DNA from: a virus
DNA: 64,000 nt
Strand: one strand, 5' to 3'
IMG/VR virus record: IMGVR_UViG_3300021479_000015
Span: 4,223 to 68,222 of that record
Made by a program: the position numbers and the translations under genes. Below are positions 1 to 9,045 of this stretch, piece after piece. The notes under the pieces were generated by a model. It saw nothing but the letters and a program-made list of their open reading frames with translations, had not been told where the DNA came from and did no database searches. Positions within the stretch are counted from its first letter, which is position 1, and every line of letters begins with the position of its first letter.

Positions 1-49
1 AAACGAAAGAGGTGCCAGCTTCGATGCCGTTCGTGCTTACGCATACATG

Positions 50-319
50 CTACCTCTGCCCAAAACCTTGTTGCCGCCGCTTCTCCGCTTCTGCGGAAGC
101 GAGAAGGATGTCGATCTTGGTGCGGATCGTGCTCCAAAACATCGCCAGGTCCGAGTTGGGATCCAGCATCAGCATCTCGATCGGCGGGCTTGTGCCGGGC
201 GGCACGATCACCACCGCTCCGCCGAAGGGGTGGTTGTGGTTGTCCGTCACCCGCTTCGCCATATCCTCGAAGTGCTTGGCGGGATCGTTGGTGCGAGATT
301 CTACAAGGGGTTGGTTCAT
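50..319 (-). CDS. hypothetical phage protein
   Basis: ORF; start moved to ATG 319 (MNQPL) because of the ATGA overlap with the upstream ORF. Confidence 0.6.
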   Translation of the reverse strand: MNQPLVESRTNDPAKHFEDMAKRVTDNHNHPFGGAVVIVPPGTSPPIEMLMLDPNSDLAMFWSTIRTKIDILLASAEAEKRRQQGFGQR

Positions 320-504
320 ATTTTTATCTTCGGCCTTGCAACATATTCGACGCCAATCTGTTGCGGTCCATGCCACCCAAATGTACCAACCTTTGCCGGG
401 TCGTCGGTGTAGACCCACGCAATGCGAACAACGTCGTTTTCCGCATAGTAGCTATCGCCTTCCCGCCAACGACGCACTGGTCCTAAAAAATCATCGTCAA
501 ACAT
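316..504 (-). CDS. small hypothetical protein
   Basis: MFDDDFLG... fills the gap between KTSC and the next ORF with overlapping start/stop. Confidence 0.5.
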   Translation of the reverse strand: MFDDDFLGPVRRWREGDSYYAENDVVRIAWVYTDDPAKVGTFGWHGPQQIGVEYVARPKIKI

Positions 505-709
505 AACGATGTCGGAAGTTCGATTTGATCTCGTCGTGCAACGCCCGTCCCACCGAAGGCGCATTCGCAACCTGATTGGCGGTCTGCTCATCCACCCCCT
601 CGTAGGCGGATACGCGACCGTTTTTCCACGCCACGATCAGCTCCTGCTTGTCGGAATCGTACTCGATCGAATCGACGTGGGAAGAAAAGACGTTTTTTGT
701 CCAACTCAT
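497..709 (-). CDS. KTSC domain protein
   Basis: SSHVDSIEYD..ELIVAWKNGRVSAYEGV..NAPSVGRALHDEIK matches the KTSC pattern. Confidence 0.85.
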   Translation of the reverse strand: MSWTKNVFSSHVDSIEYDSDKQELIVAWKNGRVSAYEGVDEQTANQVANAPSVGRALHDEIKSNFRHRYV

Positions 710-870
710 TTCGCTCTCCTCAACTTAAAAAGCCTGCACCACCCGTGCGGCAGGATCGAGCCTTGCACCGCAGTGCAGCCGGACGGCGACACGAACATGG
801 TGCATTTCTCGCAACGCTGCAGCGCCTTAGGAAAGTTCTGGTAGGACACCTCGGTCTTGGTCTTCTTCAC
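706..870 (-). CDS. HiPIP-like high-potential [4Fe-4S] protein, 54 aa, no signal peptide
   Basis: VSYQNFPKALQRCEKCTMFVSPSGCTAVQGSILPHGWCRLF: YQ, CxxCxxF, C and GxIxPxGWC; GTG at 870 overlaps the upstream TGA. Confidence 0.8.
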   Translation of the reverse strand: MKKTKTEVSYQNFPKALQRCEKCTMFVSPSGCTAVQGSILPHGWCRLFKLRRAK

Positions 871-1196
871 CACACAAACCCTTCCTTCGCGTCGCTCATC
901 ATCTCGTGCAGCATAGGAAGCAGAACGTCGTCCCGATCGGCGATCTCTTCGTCGCTGAAAGCGAGAAAGGGAATTTTCAGGAACGTTCGATCCGGCTTGT
1001 AGTGGGAATTGTCTTGCGGCACCCGCCACAACAGCACCCTGCGCCGATCGCGCTGATGCTCGCCCAGATGCCAGAACTCGCCCCGCATCTCGTTCCCGAA
1101 GGGCGCGCGAATATGCGCGTGCCGGTCAGGATGATCGAAGAAGAACCCCACGTCCTGCTTGTCGATCCAAACCTTGGGGATGTTGACGTTACTCAT
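867..1196 (-). CDS. hypothetical phage protein
   Basis: 109-aa ORF coupled to both neighbours. Confidence 0.7.
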   Translation of the reverse strand: MSNVNIPKVWIDKQDVGFFFDHPDRHAHIRAPFGNEMRGEFWHLGEHQRDRRRVLLWRVPQDNSHYKPDRTFLKIPFLAFSDEEIADRDDVLLPMLHEMMSDAKEGFVW

Positions 1197-1680
1197 CGCT
1201 CAAACGAAGCCCGTGAAGTTGCGTGGCTCGATTTTTTCGCATCCAGTGGTAGACCAAGGAGGCAGCCTCAAGTACATGCTTCGGCACATCAAAAACAGGG
1301 ACGCGAGCAGGTACTGCTATATTGGGAACGTCCATGGCGTCCGAGATAGGCATCACATCAGTCATCGTAAGCGTGCGGAACCCCCCATCTGCAGATACTT
1401 GCTGCTTGATTTTATTCACTGCAGTCTTGAACGCGTTCATATCTTCCTGCTCGCGCTTCCCGCACGCCGCCCTGCCAGCGACCGTAATGCTGCAGTTGAA
1501 GTTGTCCCCGCCGCGCGACTGGAGAAAACCTTTCGCAACAAGGCTCTCGACCGGCTTCTGCCAGTGCCCGATCGCCATCATGGATTCGCCCCGCGATGCA
1601 ATCAGCAGAACCGTCAGCTCCTCCTCGGAAAGGTTCATTTCTGCCTCGTTGTCTACTAACTCGCCCATCTGCCAACCCAT
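1189..1680 (-). CDS. hypothetical phage protein
   Basis: 163-aa ORF within the operon. Confidence 0.6.
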   Translation of the reverse strand: MGWQMGELVDNEAEMNLSEEELTVLLIASRGESMMAIGHWQKPVESLVAKGFLQSRGGDNFNCSITVAGRAACGKREQEDMNAFKTAVNKIKQQVSADGGFRTLTMTDVMPISDAMDVPNIAVPARVPVFDVPKHVLEAASLVYHWMRKNRATQLHGLRLSDE

Positions 1681-1684
1681 GATG

Positions 1685-2509
1685 CTACCTCCAGATGCTC
1701 GCTACGTCGCTCGGTGAAGAAAACAGGACGTTCCAGACGTGATCGACCACGACAGTCTTGCGCGGCGGCACCAGCTCGGGGTAGGCGCCATCCGGGTAGA
1801 TCATGAAGGTATCATACCCTTGCACCCGCATGTAAGCCCGCAAGCTGTCGGGCGAGCACATCATCTGCGCGAGGCCAAACTGGTTCACCTCCGCCACGAC
1901 GAACGGCGGGTGCTGCACCGCCAGCACATTGTTGCCCCCCTGCAGCACGCGCTCCTCTGAACCTTCCACGTCGAGCTTGATCAGTCGCAAGGGGGACGGG
2001 GAGATGCGGTTGAGGGTCGTGGCTGGCATCTTATCTCGAACAGGAGATGTGCACTGCGTGTTAATATTTTCATGCCAGTGTTCAGGAGGCCACAATGCGT
2101 GGCCGCCGCTGCTATCGAAATTTTTATAAAACGTAACTTCCTCCGCCCGAGCGAACAGCGGCTGCTCCACGACAGTCACCATCGACGCTGGAGAAACGTT
2201 AAGCTCAAGATTTTTCTTGAGCTTCGACAAATTATCTATCCCCGGCTCCACCGCCACCACTTCACCTGTTGGTCCCACAAGCTGGGAGGCGAGTAAAGAA
2301 AAGAACCCCACACACGCGCCTGCATCCACCATCTTGTCGCCAGGACGCAGCGCCCGCATCATCACCCACGCCACCTCGGGCTCGTAGCACACCTGCTTGT
2401 TGCAGCAGTCGATGAGGTACTGGTCCGACACGAAGTCGGGATCGAGCAACATCTTGAAGCTGATCTGGCGGCCGTCGGGATGGCGGAGGGAAATTACTTG
2501 CTCGGTCAT
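1685..2509 (-). CDS. FkbM-family SAM-dependent methyltransferase
   Basis: YEPEV, VDAGACVGFFS, VVAVEP and LIKLDVEGSE motifs. Confidence 0.9.
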   Translation of the reverse strand: MTEQVISLRHPDGRQISFKMLLDPDFVSDQYLIDCCNKQVCYEPEVAWVMMRALRPGDKMVDAGACVGFFSLLASQLVGPTGEVVAVEPGIDNLSKLKKNLELNVSPASMVTVVEQPLFARAEEVTFYKNFDSSGGHALWPPEHWHENINTQCTSPVRDKMPATTLNRISPSPLRLIKLDVEGSEERVLQGGNNVLAVQHPPFVVAEVNQFGLAQMMCSPDSLRAYMRVQGYDTFMIYPDGAYPELVPPRKTVVVDHVWNVLFSSPSDVASIWR

Positions 2510-2793
2510 GTACGAATCACCTTATTCACGCTTCCACCGACTTCAAACCACATATTGAACCCTTCCGCGGTCGTCTCAAACATCACCTTTGGTACGCGTT
2601 CCTTCAAAATCAAAAAGCGCTTCGAACTCGCGTTCAAGTATTTCTCAGGGTTCTTGATCTTGACCGGCTTCAAGCCAGTAGCCCTCTTCAAAAACCGCGC
2701 CCAATTCTTCACGCCAGCATATAAGCCCGGTTCGAGTTCAATGCCGTTCGCACGCTGTCTCGCGTTCTGCGCCTGTCGATAACGCTTACCCAT
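2506..2793 (-). CDS. hypothetical basic protein
   Basis: ORF coupled to neighbours; ATG 2793. Confidence 0.5.
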   Translation of the reverse strand: MGKRYRQAQNARQRANGIELEPGLYAGVKNWARFLKRATGLKPVKIKNPEKYLNASSKRFLILKERVPKVMFETTAEGFNMWFEVGGSVNKVIRT

Positions 2794-2929
2794 CACTGCA
2801 CCTCGATCCACCTACACTGCGCCCAAAACCATGTCCAAGACGAACGTGGGATGTGCGAAGGACGCTGGACTACCATGCCGCAAATCGTAACCGAATCGAG
2901 TTGCGGCAGGATATCCGGCCCCGAATAGG

Positions 2930-4360
2930 TCACGACTTTGCGCGCACCTTCATCGCCAGCGCCTGCTCGATCCTTTCGAACACCGGCTCCCACCTTTGGT
3001 TTTTTCCTTGCGGGAAGATGCGATGATTGGGTGTCCATATCCTGTCCTTCTCCGGTTCATGCCCTAGGCGGTAGTCGCGCCCCAAAAATGAGTAAGGTAT
3101 CCAGCACTCCTTACCGATCGTCGCGCAAATATGCCCGAGCGCCGATTCGCACGTGATCACAAGATCGAGATCGCGCAGCAACGACATCGTGTCCACCACG
3201 TCGCGCACATAGCTCGACAAATCGCGGATGAAGGCAGACGCACCAAGATCGTTCATCTCCTTGATCTTCGCCTGATCGATCTGCAGCGAGTAGAGCTGCA
3301 CGCCCTTCACCCGCGCCAGTTCGAAGAAGTGCGTGAGCGGGATCGAGCGATGGCGGTTGATCAGGTTCTGCTCGCTGCCCGCCCATGCGATGCCCACATG
3401 CAGCTTCTGATCCGCTACCTTCCAAGAATTTTTAGACATAGGCCAAGAATCTGAAGATGCGACGCGATATTCGTTAGGCGGAATTTGAATGGGCGGCGCA
3501 ATCCTTATCTGCTCGTCCGTCAGCTTGAGCGCGAAAGGGAGGCTCACGAACGTCGTCCACGCATCCGCCTCGGGGTAGGGGCACTGCACCTGATAGGGGA
3601 TGATGTTGACGTTCTTCAAGAACATGAAAGCGTGCTGGAAGAGGCGTACAAGTTCAGGCTGGACGTAGAGATGCAAGTACTTGGCGGTGCTGGCGGCCAG
3701 AGGCACAAAACGAGCGAACGAGAGCGTATCTCCGAGTCCTTGGTCGGCAACAAGAAAGACAGTCTTGTCGGGCTCTCCCAACCACTTAGGGTAAGGATAG
3801 TGAAGGAAATTGTGTAGGGCGTAAGCATAGCGGCACTCGAACTCACGGAAGCCCTCCACAAACTGGCGGTTGAAGAGAAGCGCGAAAGAGAGCGACATCT
3901 GCCCTGCAAGGTTCTCAGGATCGAGTTGCTTCCCGATACGCGCCGATCCGACCGCTGCCGCAGGCGAACCAAGCTGCCCCTGGATGGTGGAGAGGTTCGT
4001 CCATGCTGCTGCATTCTTGGGGTTGAGCTTGGTCGCTTCCGTCAGTGCCGCGTAAGCAGCATCGATCTCACCAATCTGCGATAGGCCCCACCCGAAATTG
4101 GAGAGAACCTTGGCGCGATCATGCGGGTGCTCGATCTCGCAAGCGAGAGCGCGGCGCCAACAGGCAACCGCCGCGTGAAAGAGCTTGATGTCGTTGTGGT
4201 TATTGCCGTGCTGATACCACGTCAGCCACCATGAAGGGTCGGCGTAGCAGGCGGCCGAAAACAGCTCATACGAACGCTTGGCGTTAAGCGAATCGCTGTT
4301 GTCCTTGCGGACGACATCCGCCTGCTGGTAGAAGCGCGTAGCGGTGGCGCGGTCACCCAT
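2930..4360 (-). CDS. TPR-repeat plus GT-B (GT9-like) glycosyltransferase
   Basis: N-terminal TPRs (AAAWTNLS, LDPEN); DQGLGDTLSFARF, VGIAWAGS, YSLQ, LDLVITCESALGHI. Confidence 0.85.
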   Translation of the reverse strand: MGDRATATRFYQQADVVRKDNSDSLNAKRSYELFSAACYADPSWWLTWYQHGNNHNDIKLFHAAVACWRRALACEIEHPHDRAKVLSNFGWGLSQIGEIDAAYAALTEATKLNPKNAAAWTNLSTIQGQLGSPAAAVGSARIGKQLDPENLAGQMSLSFALLFNRQFVEGFREFECRYAYALHNFLHYPYPKWLGEPDKTVFLVADQGLGDTLSFARFVPLAASTAKYLHLYVQPELVRLFQHAFMFLKNVNIIPYQVQCPYPEADAWTTFVSLPFALKLTDEQIRIAPPIQIPPNEYRVASSDSWPMSKNSWKVADQKLHVGIAWAGSEQNLINRHRSIPLTHFFELARVKGVQLYSLQIDQAKIKEMNDLGASAFIRDLSSYVRDVVDTMSLLRDLDLVITCESALGHICATIGKECWIPYSFLGRDYRLGHEPEKDRIWTPNHRIFPQGKNQRWEPVFERIEQALAMKVRAKS

Positions 4361-4583
4361 CACTCGCCTCAACGCGATGATAAAAATGCTTCTCCGCTTG
4401 CTGAACGCATTCCCTGATTGCAGCCTTTATCTGCCACGCGCCGTAACCATCCACGTCCTTAAATTTTTCAGCTGCTTCTTTCCAAAAGGAAACTGAAGCC
4501 GTCAAGGTAATCGTGGCGTTGATGCTGTCTACACTATCGAGTTTGAACCTAGCAGTGAGGCCGGAAAACTGTTGGTCTTTCAC
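4353..4583 (-). CDS. hypothetical protein
   Basis: 76-aa ORF overlapping both neighbours. Confidence 0.55.
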   Translation of the reverse strand: MKDQQFSGLTARFKLDSVDSINATITLTASVSFWKEAAEKFKDVDGYGAWQIKAAIRECVQQAEKHFYHRVEASDG

Positions 4584-5275
4584 GCTACCTTCTCCTTCAC
4601 CAACGCAAACACCTGCCCGCGATTGAACGGGCGGCCATGGCGGTTATAGACGCCGCGGGAAGTCAGCTCGCGCACGATCTCCTCATACCCCATCCCCTGC
4701 GCCTTGAGGTCGCGCATCTTGCCGATGTTGCGCTGCTCCATAACATTCTCTACCAGGAAGGCGTTCTTGCGGTAGCCGGTCTTGCGGTAACCGTAGGGGA
4801 CCGCGCCCAAGCACCCCCCTGCTTGCCGCTTGGCCTCGCGCCCCGAAGCGGTGCGCTCGTTGATGCGGTCACGCTCGAACTCCGCCACCAAGGCCAGCAT
4901 GGAGAAGAACAGCTTGCTCGCGCCATTCTCCGTCACGACCGTATGTCCCATGTCGGCCAGAACGAGGCCAACCTGACGCGCCTGGAGGTCCTTGAGCATC
5001 TGCAACGCGTCCAACGCCGACCGGAACAAGCGGTCGAGCTTGGCCGCCACAATGATATCTCCCGGCTTCGCCGTTTCCAGCATCACGGCGCCCTGCGGGC
5101 GGTTCTGCAGCGACACCGAGCCCGAGACGGCAGGGTCGGAGTAGAACACGATGTCATACTGATCAACGCCGCGCATCATCGCCACGCCGCGGATCATGCG
5201 CTCCTGCTCCGCGATGGTGGAACCATCCGCCTGGTCGGACGTGGAGCAGCGGGTGTAACCGAACAACATAGTCAA
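4580..5275 (-). CDS. small serine recombinase (resolvase/invertase family)
   Basis: FGYTRCSTSDQ (catalytic Ser), KLDRLFRS, AEFERDRINERT, PYGY. Confidence 0.9.
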   Translation of the reverse strand: MTMLFGYTRCSTSDQADGSTIAEQERMIRGVAMMRGVDQYDIVFYSDPAVSGSVSLQNRPQGAVMLETAKPGDIIVAAKLDRLFRSALDALQMLKDLQARQVGLVLADMGHTVVTENGASKLFFSMLALVAEFERDRINERTASGREAKRQAGGCLGAVPYGYRKTGYRKNAFLVENVMEQRNIGKMRDLKAQGMGYEEIVRELTSRGVYNRHGRPFNRGQVFALVKEKVA

Positions 5276-5469
5276 TAGCCTTTCCCATAATCGTAAATCG
5301 CCAATAGTTCATCGTTGGATAGTGGCGGCACAAATCCACGATCGGTATCGACCATTTCTTTCTTGCGCGGATTTACAAGGCGGCGATTAGACGGAGAAGT
5401 GGAATCCGTCCAAATCTCAAAGCTTTGACCACGGAGTTCAAAATCAGGACAAAGGCAGTGCTCGCTCAT
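5272..5469 (-). CDS. hypothetical protein, probably leaderless mRNA
   Basis: 65-aa ORF whose ATG lies 7 nt after a -10 box. Confidence 0.5.
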   Translation of the reverse strand: MSEHCLCPDFELRGQSFEIWTDSTSPSNRRLVNPRKKEMVDTDRGFVPPLSNDELLAIYDYGKGY

Positions 5470-5476
5470 AGACCGT

Positions 5477-5504
5477 AATGTAGTGCCTTTGACTACGTTG
5501 TCAA
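5477..5504 (-). promoter_or_regulatory. sigma70-like promoter with operator GTAGTGCC-N3-GACTAC
   Basis: TTGACA-N16-TACATT; operator 5480-5496 recurs at 10668 and 12003. Confidence 0.7.
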
Positions 5505-5523
5505 GGGTTATTTTTGGATAGCG

Positions 5524-6582
5524 TCAATCTGCTCCCTGATTAGGCTCGAAATACCGATCCTTGGTTTTATCGTATCCAAAAGCCTCTCCCGTCACCGGGA
5601 GAGGCTGCGTTTTATCTTCTCGGGGTGTCGAATTTCGCATCACCTCGCTTTCAATCCAATGGTAGAGCTTCTCCAGCCCCAGAACGAGCGGAGCGGAAGG
5701 CGACCAGTCGAGCTTTTCTTGGACAAAGGTATTGTCAGACGATCTCCCCCGCACGCCCTGTGGGCCATGAATGTGGTTGATCTCGATCCGCTTCCCCGCG
5801 ATATCGGCAACCATGTGGACGAGCTGGTTGATGCTGACCATCTCGGAAGAGCCGATGTTCACAGGTACGGAAACCTCGGATCGCATGAGTCGGAGGATTC
5901 CTTCAATTGCTTCGTCGATGTAGAGGAAGCTTCTTGTCTGCTTGCCGTCGCCGAAGATGTCGATGGTCCCGCCGTCAACCGCCTGTGCCACTTTTCGGCA
6001 GATCGCTGCTGGCGCCTTCTCTCTGCCGTGTTGCCACGTACAGAGTGGACCAAACACGTTATGCAGACGACCAACACGCACGCATAAACCGTAATTGCTA
6101 CGATAAGCGTCATAAAGGCGCTCAGCATAAAGTTTCTCCCATCCGTAGTTACTATCGGGGCGCGCAGGATAGGCTTGCACTTCCTTCAGCGAAGCGCTGT
6201 CGGGTCGCGATTGCACGAAGTCCGGGTAGATGCAGGCGGAGGAAGAGAAAAATACCTTGCCTACCTTCGCGCGGCGGCAAGCTTCGAGCACGTTGAGATT
6301 TATGAGCGTAGAGTTGCGCATGATCTCGGCATCGTTCTCGCCGGTGAAGATGTAAGACGCCCCGCCCATCTCAGCAGCAAACTGGTAGACTTCATCAATC
6401 CAAGGATTGAAATCCAGTGGCGCGTATCGCAAGTCTTTGATATCGAACTTGTCCGCACTCGAAGTGCCGAACTCGGGAAGCTTTCGATCAATGCCCCAGA
6501 CAAAGTAACCTTCCTTCTTAAGACGATTGACAAGGTGGTACCCAATGAAGCCGCCCGCGCCGCATACGATTGCTGTTTTCAT
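5524..6582 (-). CDS. GDP-mannose 3,5-epimerase-like NAD-dependent epimerase
   Basis: GAGGFIG, AAEMGG, SSSACIYP, YGWEK, GREKAPAAICRK and GVRGRSSDN are GME-type signatures. Confidence 0.85.
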   Translation of the reverse strand: MKTAIVCGAGGFIGYHLVNRLKKEGYFVWGIDRKLPEFGTSSADKFDIKDLRYAPLDFNPWIDEVYQFAAEMGGASYIFTGENDAEIMRNSTLINLNVLEACRRAKVGKVFFSSSACIYPDFVQSRPDSASLKEVQAYPARPDSNYGWEKLYAERLYDAYRSNYGLCVRVGRLHNVFGPLCTWQHGREKAPAAICRKVAQAVDGGTIDIFGDGKQTRSFLYIDEAIEGILRLMRSEVSVPVNIGSSEMVSINQLVHMVADIAGKRIEINHIHGPQGVRGRSSDNTFVQEKLDWSPSAPLVLGLEKLYHWIESEVMRNSTPREDKTQPLPVTGEAFGYDKTKDRYFEPNQGAD

Positions 6583-6740
6583 GGATTATATCCTTGAACA
6601 CACGCCCAAAGATGGCGAGGTCCTGTTAAAGTCGGCACAAAACCCTCACGGCAAATTGGCGGCGTCAACACCATAAACTCGGCCACAATAAAAATAACTG
6701 CGCATACCGCCACAAGGACCGTCAAAAAACGCCCAATCAT
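6579..6740 (-). CDS. small membrane protein
   Basis: hydrophobic N-terminus, coupled start/stop. Confidence 0.45.
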   Translation of the reverse strand: MIGRFLTVLVAVCAVIFIVAEFMVLTPPICREGFVPTLTGPRHLWACVQGYNP

Positions 6741-8032
6741 TTTGATACTCCCGGCAAGCACGAATGATCGAAGCGATACCCTGGCAACCACGGCTGCGGC
6801 TCACGCGTGCGAATGCCATAGAAGCCCACGCCGGGCGTGAGGGCTTCCACCCTGACAATGCGGTATGACACGCCGGACGGAACGGCAACCTGCAGGATGT
6901 TGCTCGCCCCCGCGTCAGCGGGAGACGCAACGATGGAGTAGCCTGAGTGCGTATCGCTTACACGCGCCTTGCCTTCGCCGCCCAAAAGGATTTCGCAGGG
7001 ACCGAGGATGGGGACTTCGAGCATGGGCACCTGCTTGGTCGTCACGCCATCCGAAGTGGTTACGTGAAAGGGGAACTCGCTCTCGTGTGCTTCCCACACA
7101 AACGGCCCAAACCCTTGGCACCACTTGAGTCGCCAGTCGCCGCTGTACTCCCCACCGATGTCGGGAATCTGGTGAGGGAAAATCGTATAAGTTCCACCCA
7201 CACATTGAATGCGATAGTGCCCACCCGGTTTCCACCTACCGCTTCGAAAGTTGAACGAGCGATCAACAAAAGTCTTGAACGCCTTCTCATTGCGTAGAAG
7301 GTCGTATTTCCCATCCGCCATCTTCAAACCCTGCGCGGCGATGTCCTGATCGAGCATGGTCGCAAGCGAAGGGGTAAGCGCAAGCGAGGCAAGCCCATGC
7401 CGTGCCAGCACGGCATCGAAGTTCCAGTCGGCGGTGATCGGGTTCTCCGAGCCGCGAAACGCCCACCACGCGCCAATATCTAAGCCGGACAGCTGGCAGA
7501 AGATCAGGCGGTTGTCGGTGGACCAGCCGGTGCGGTAGTTGTCGAGAATGATGCGCGCAGCCTCGCGGGTAAAGATGATCATGCCGGCGCCAAGGTTGTG
7601 GCAAAGAGCGTAGCCGTCGCGCTGAACGAGAATGCGATCCTCGTAGCAACGCGCGGACACGGCGCCCACTTCGAGGCCGTCGCTTGCCCCGCGCTCGAAG
7701 AGAGCGGTGGTCGGGCCAAGCCAGTTTTTATGAAGAAGAACGTCCTGCTCTATGATGCCGACGTGAGTATACGGTCCGATGTTGGAATCGCAGCCTGCTA
7801 TCAACATCTGGGTTAGCGCGTATACGATCGCTACATCAGGGCCACCGCGCACATCCTGAATAACCAGCTTGGCACTATACCCATCCAAGTTAAACGGAAG
7901 TCCTCTACCATCCTCCGTCACCGACCCATCAATCCAAAACAAGTCGAGCTTGTCCGGCTGCAACAGCGGCTCGATCGAGCACTTGGTCAGTTCGGGATGG
8001 TCTTTCGTCAAGAGGGCGAGCGCAAGCTTCAC
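6737..8032 (-). CDS. putative GT-A fold glycosyltransferase with extra C-terminal domain
   Basis: GT2-like N-terminus (LLTKDHPELT, WIDGS, IIEQDVLL); GTG 8032 overlaps the upstream TGA. Confidence 0.55.
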   Translation of the reverse strand: MKLALALLTKDHPELTKCSIEPLLQPDKLDLFWIDGSVTEDGRGLPFNLDGYSAKLVIQDVRGGPDVAIVYALTQMLIAGCDSNIGPYTHVGIIEQDVLLHKNWLGPTTALFERGASDGLEVGAVSARCYEDRILVQRDGYALCHNLGAGMIIFTREAARIILDNYRTGWSTDNRLIFCQLSGLDIGAWWAFRGSENPITADWNFDAVLARHGLASLALTPSLATMLDQDIAAQGLKMADGKYDLLRNEKAFKTFVDRSFNFRSGRWKPGGHYRIQCVGGTYTIFPHQIPDIGGEYSGDWRLKWCQGFGPFVWEAHESEFPFHVTTSDGVTTKQVPMLEVPILGPCEILLGGEGKARVSDTHSGYSIVASPADAGASNILQVAVPSGVSYRIVRVEALTPGVGFYGIRTREPQPWLPGYRFDHSCLPGVSK

Positions 8033-9045
8033 AGCACCCCCTCCACATCCTCGCACCACGCCAGCCCGCACTTGCTCACGACGGGCGGCATCCAGTCCAA
8101 GTACGCCATCTCGGTGAAAATGCGCCGCACGGTCGTCAGCACATCAGGCGACGCGGTGAAGTCGAAGCGATCCAGCCACTGCGCAAACCTCACCACGTTC
8201 TCCATTCCGAACAGCTCGCCCGCCAAGTCGCGAGTCAAGCTATGCCGGTTGCGTTGCTGGTAGGTGAAGGGGCGGCCGAAGTGAACATAGCAGCCCCGCT
8301 CGCGCATCACCCGCTGACAGAGAAGCGAGGCGAAGATGTCATCGAAGCGCCCAACGCCCGGCCACATCATCATCGCTGGGGCTAAATCGCGAATGAACGC
8401 CGTATTCTGGCTGTTGAAAACCGTCCAGGTACCGGGGGCCACAACCACGCCTGCCTTCAATATCTCGTGAACCCCACTGACGTGAGGGCGTTTGGAAATG
8501 CGCTCCAAACTTGAAGTATCGGGATCGCCCAGCACCATGCCGGCCGCCACGCCGATCCTGGCGTCGGTGACGTGCGTGAAGGAAAACTCAGGCACGATCT
8601 GCACGGGGAAGCCGCGGTGGGTAGCGGGAGGAATGAGGAACTGGCCGGGATCAAACCAGCTGCCTTTGGCGGCAAGGCCGTCAAAACGCACGGGACGAGG
8701 CTCCCAGGAGGAAAACAGCGATTCGAACTGCTGGAAGTAGTTGGGATCGACGGGAATGTTGTCGTCGTCGACCGACACAACGATATCTGCGCCCCACTTC
8801 AAAGCTTCCAAGAGGGCGAGGTTGCGACGCTGGATCGAGTTCCACCCGATGATGCCGTCGCACTTGTAATCAGTCTGGCTGACAATCTGGCAGTTGCCAA
8901 GCCCGTCCAGGAACGTGATGGCGGCAGGCGGGGTCTTATTGTCGATCGCCACGAAGAAGCGGACGTACCCGCTCGGATCGAAGCGGCGGTAAAGCGCGAG
9001 CACGCTTGGGATGTTGACGGTGGTGGTGATGAGGGCGAGCTTCAT
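8029..9045 (-). CDS. GT75 (RGP / UDP-arabinopyranose mutase) or STELLO-like protein
   Basis: ITTTVN, RRNLALL, SVDDDN, HRGFP, GDPD, FNSQNTAF, GRFDDI, QQRNRH. Confidence 0.75.
   Translation of the reverse strand: MKLALITTTVNIPSVLALYRRFDPSGYVRFFVAIDNKTPPAAITFLDGLGNCQIVSQTDYKCDGIIGWNSIQRRNLALLEALKWGADIVVSVDDDNIPVDPNYFQQFESLFSSWEPRPVRFDGLAAKGSWFDPGQFLIPPATHRGFPVQIVPEFSFTHVTDARIGVAAGMVLGDPDTSSLERISKRPHVSGVHEILKAGVVVAPGTWTVFNSQNTAFIRDLAPAMMMWPGVGRFDDIFASLLCQRVMRERGCYVHFGRPFTYQQRNRHSLTRDLAGELFGMENVVRFAQWLDRFDFTASPDVLTTVRRIFTEMAYLDWMPPVVSKCGLAWCEDVEGVL

Noticed and set aside
4580-5275. Serine integrase indicating a prophage
   Set aside because: 231 aa is too short; no att site or host genes seen
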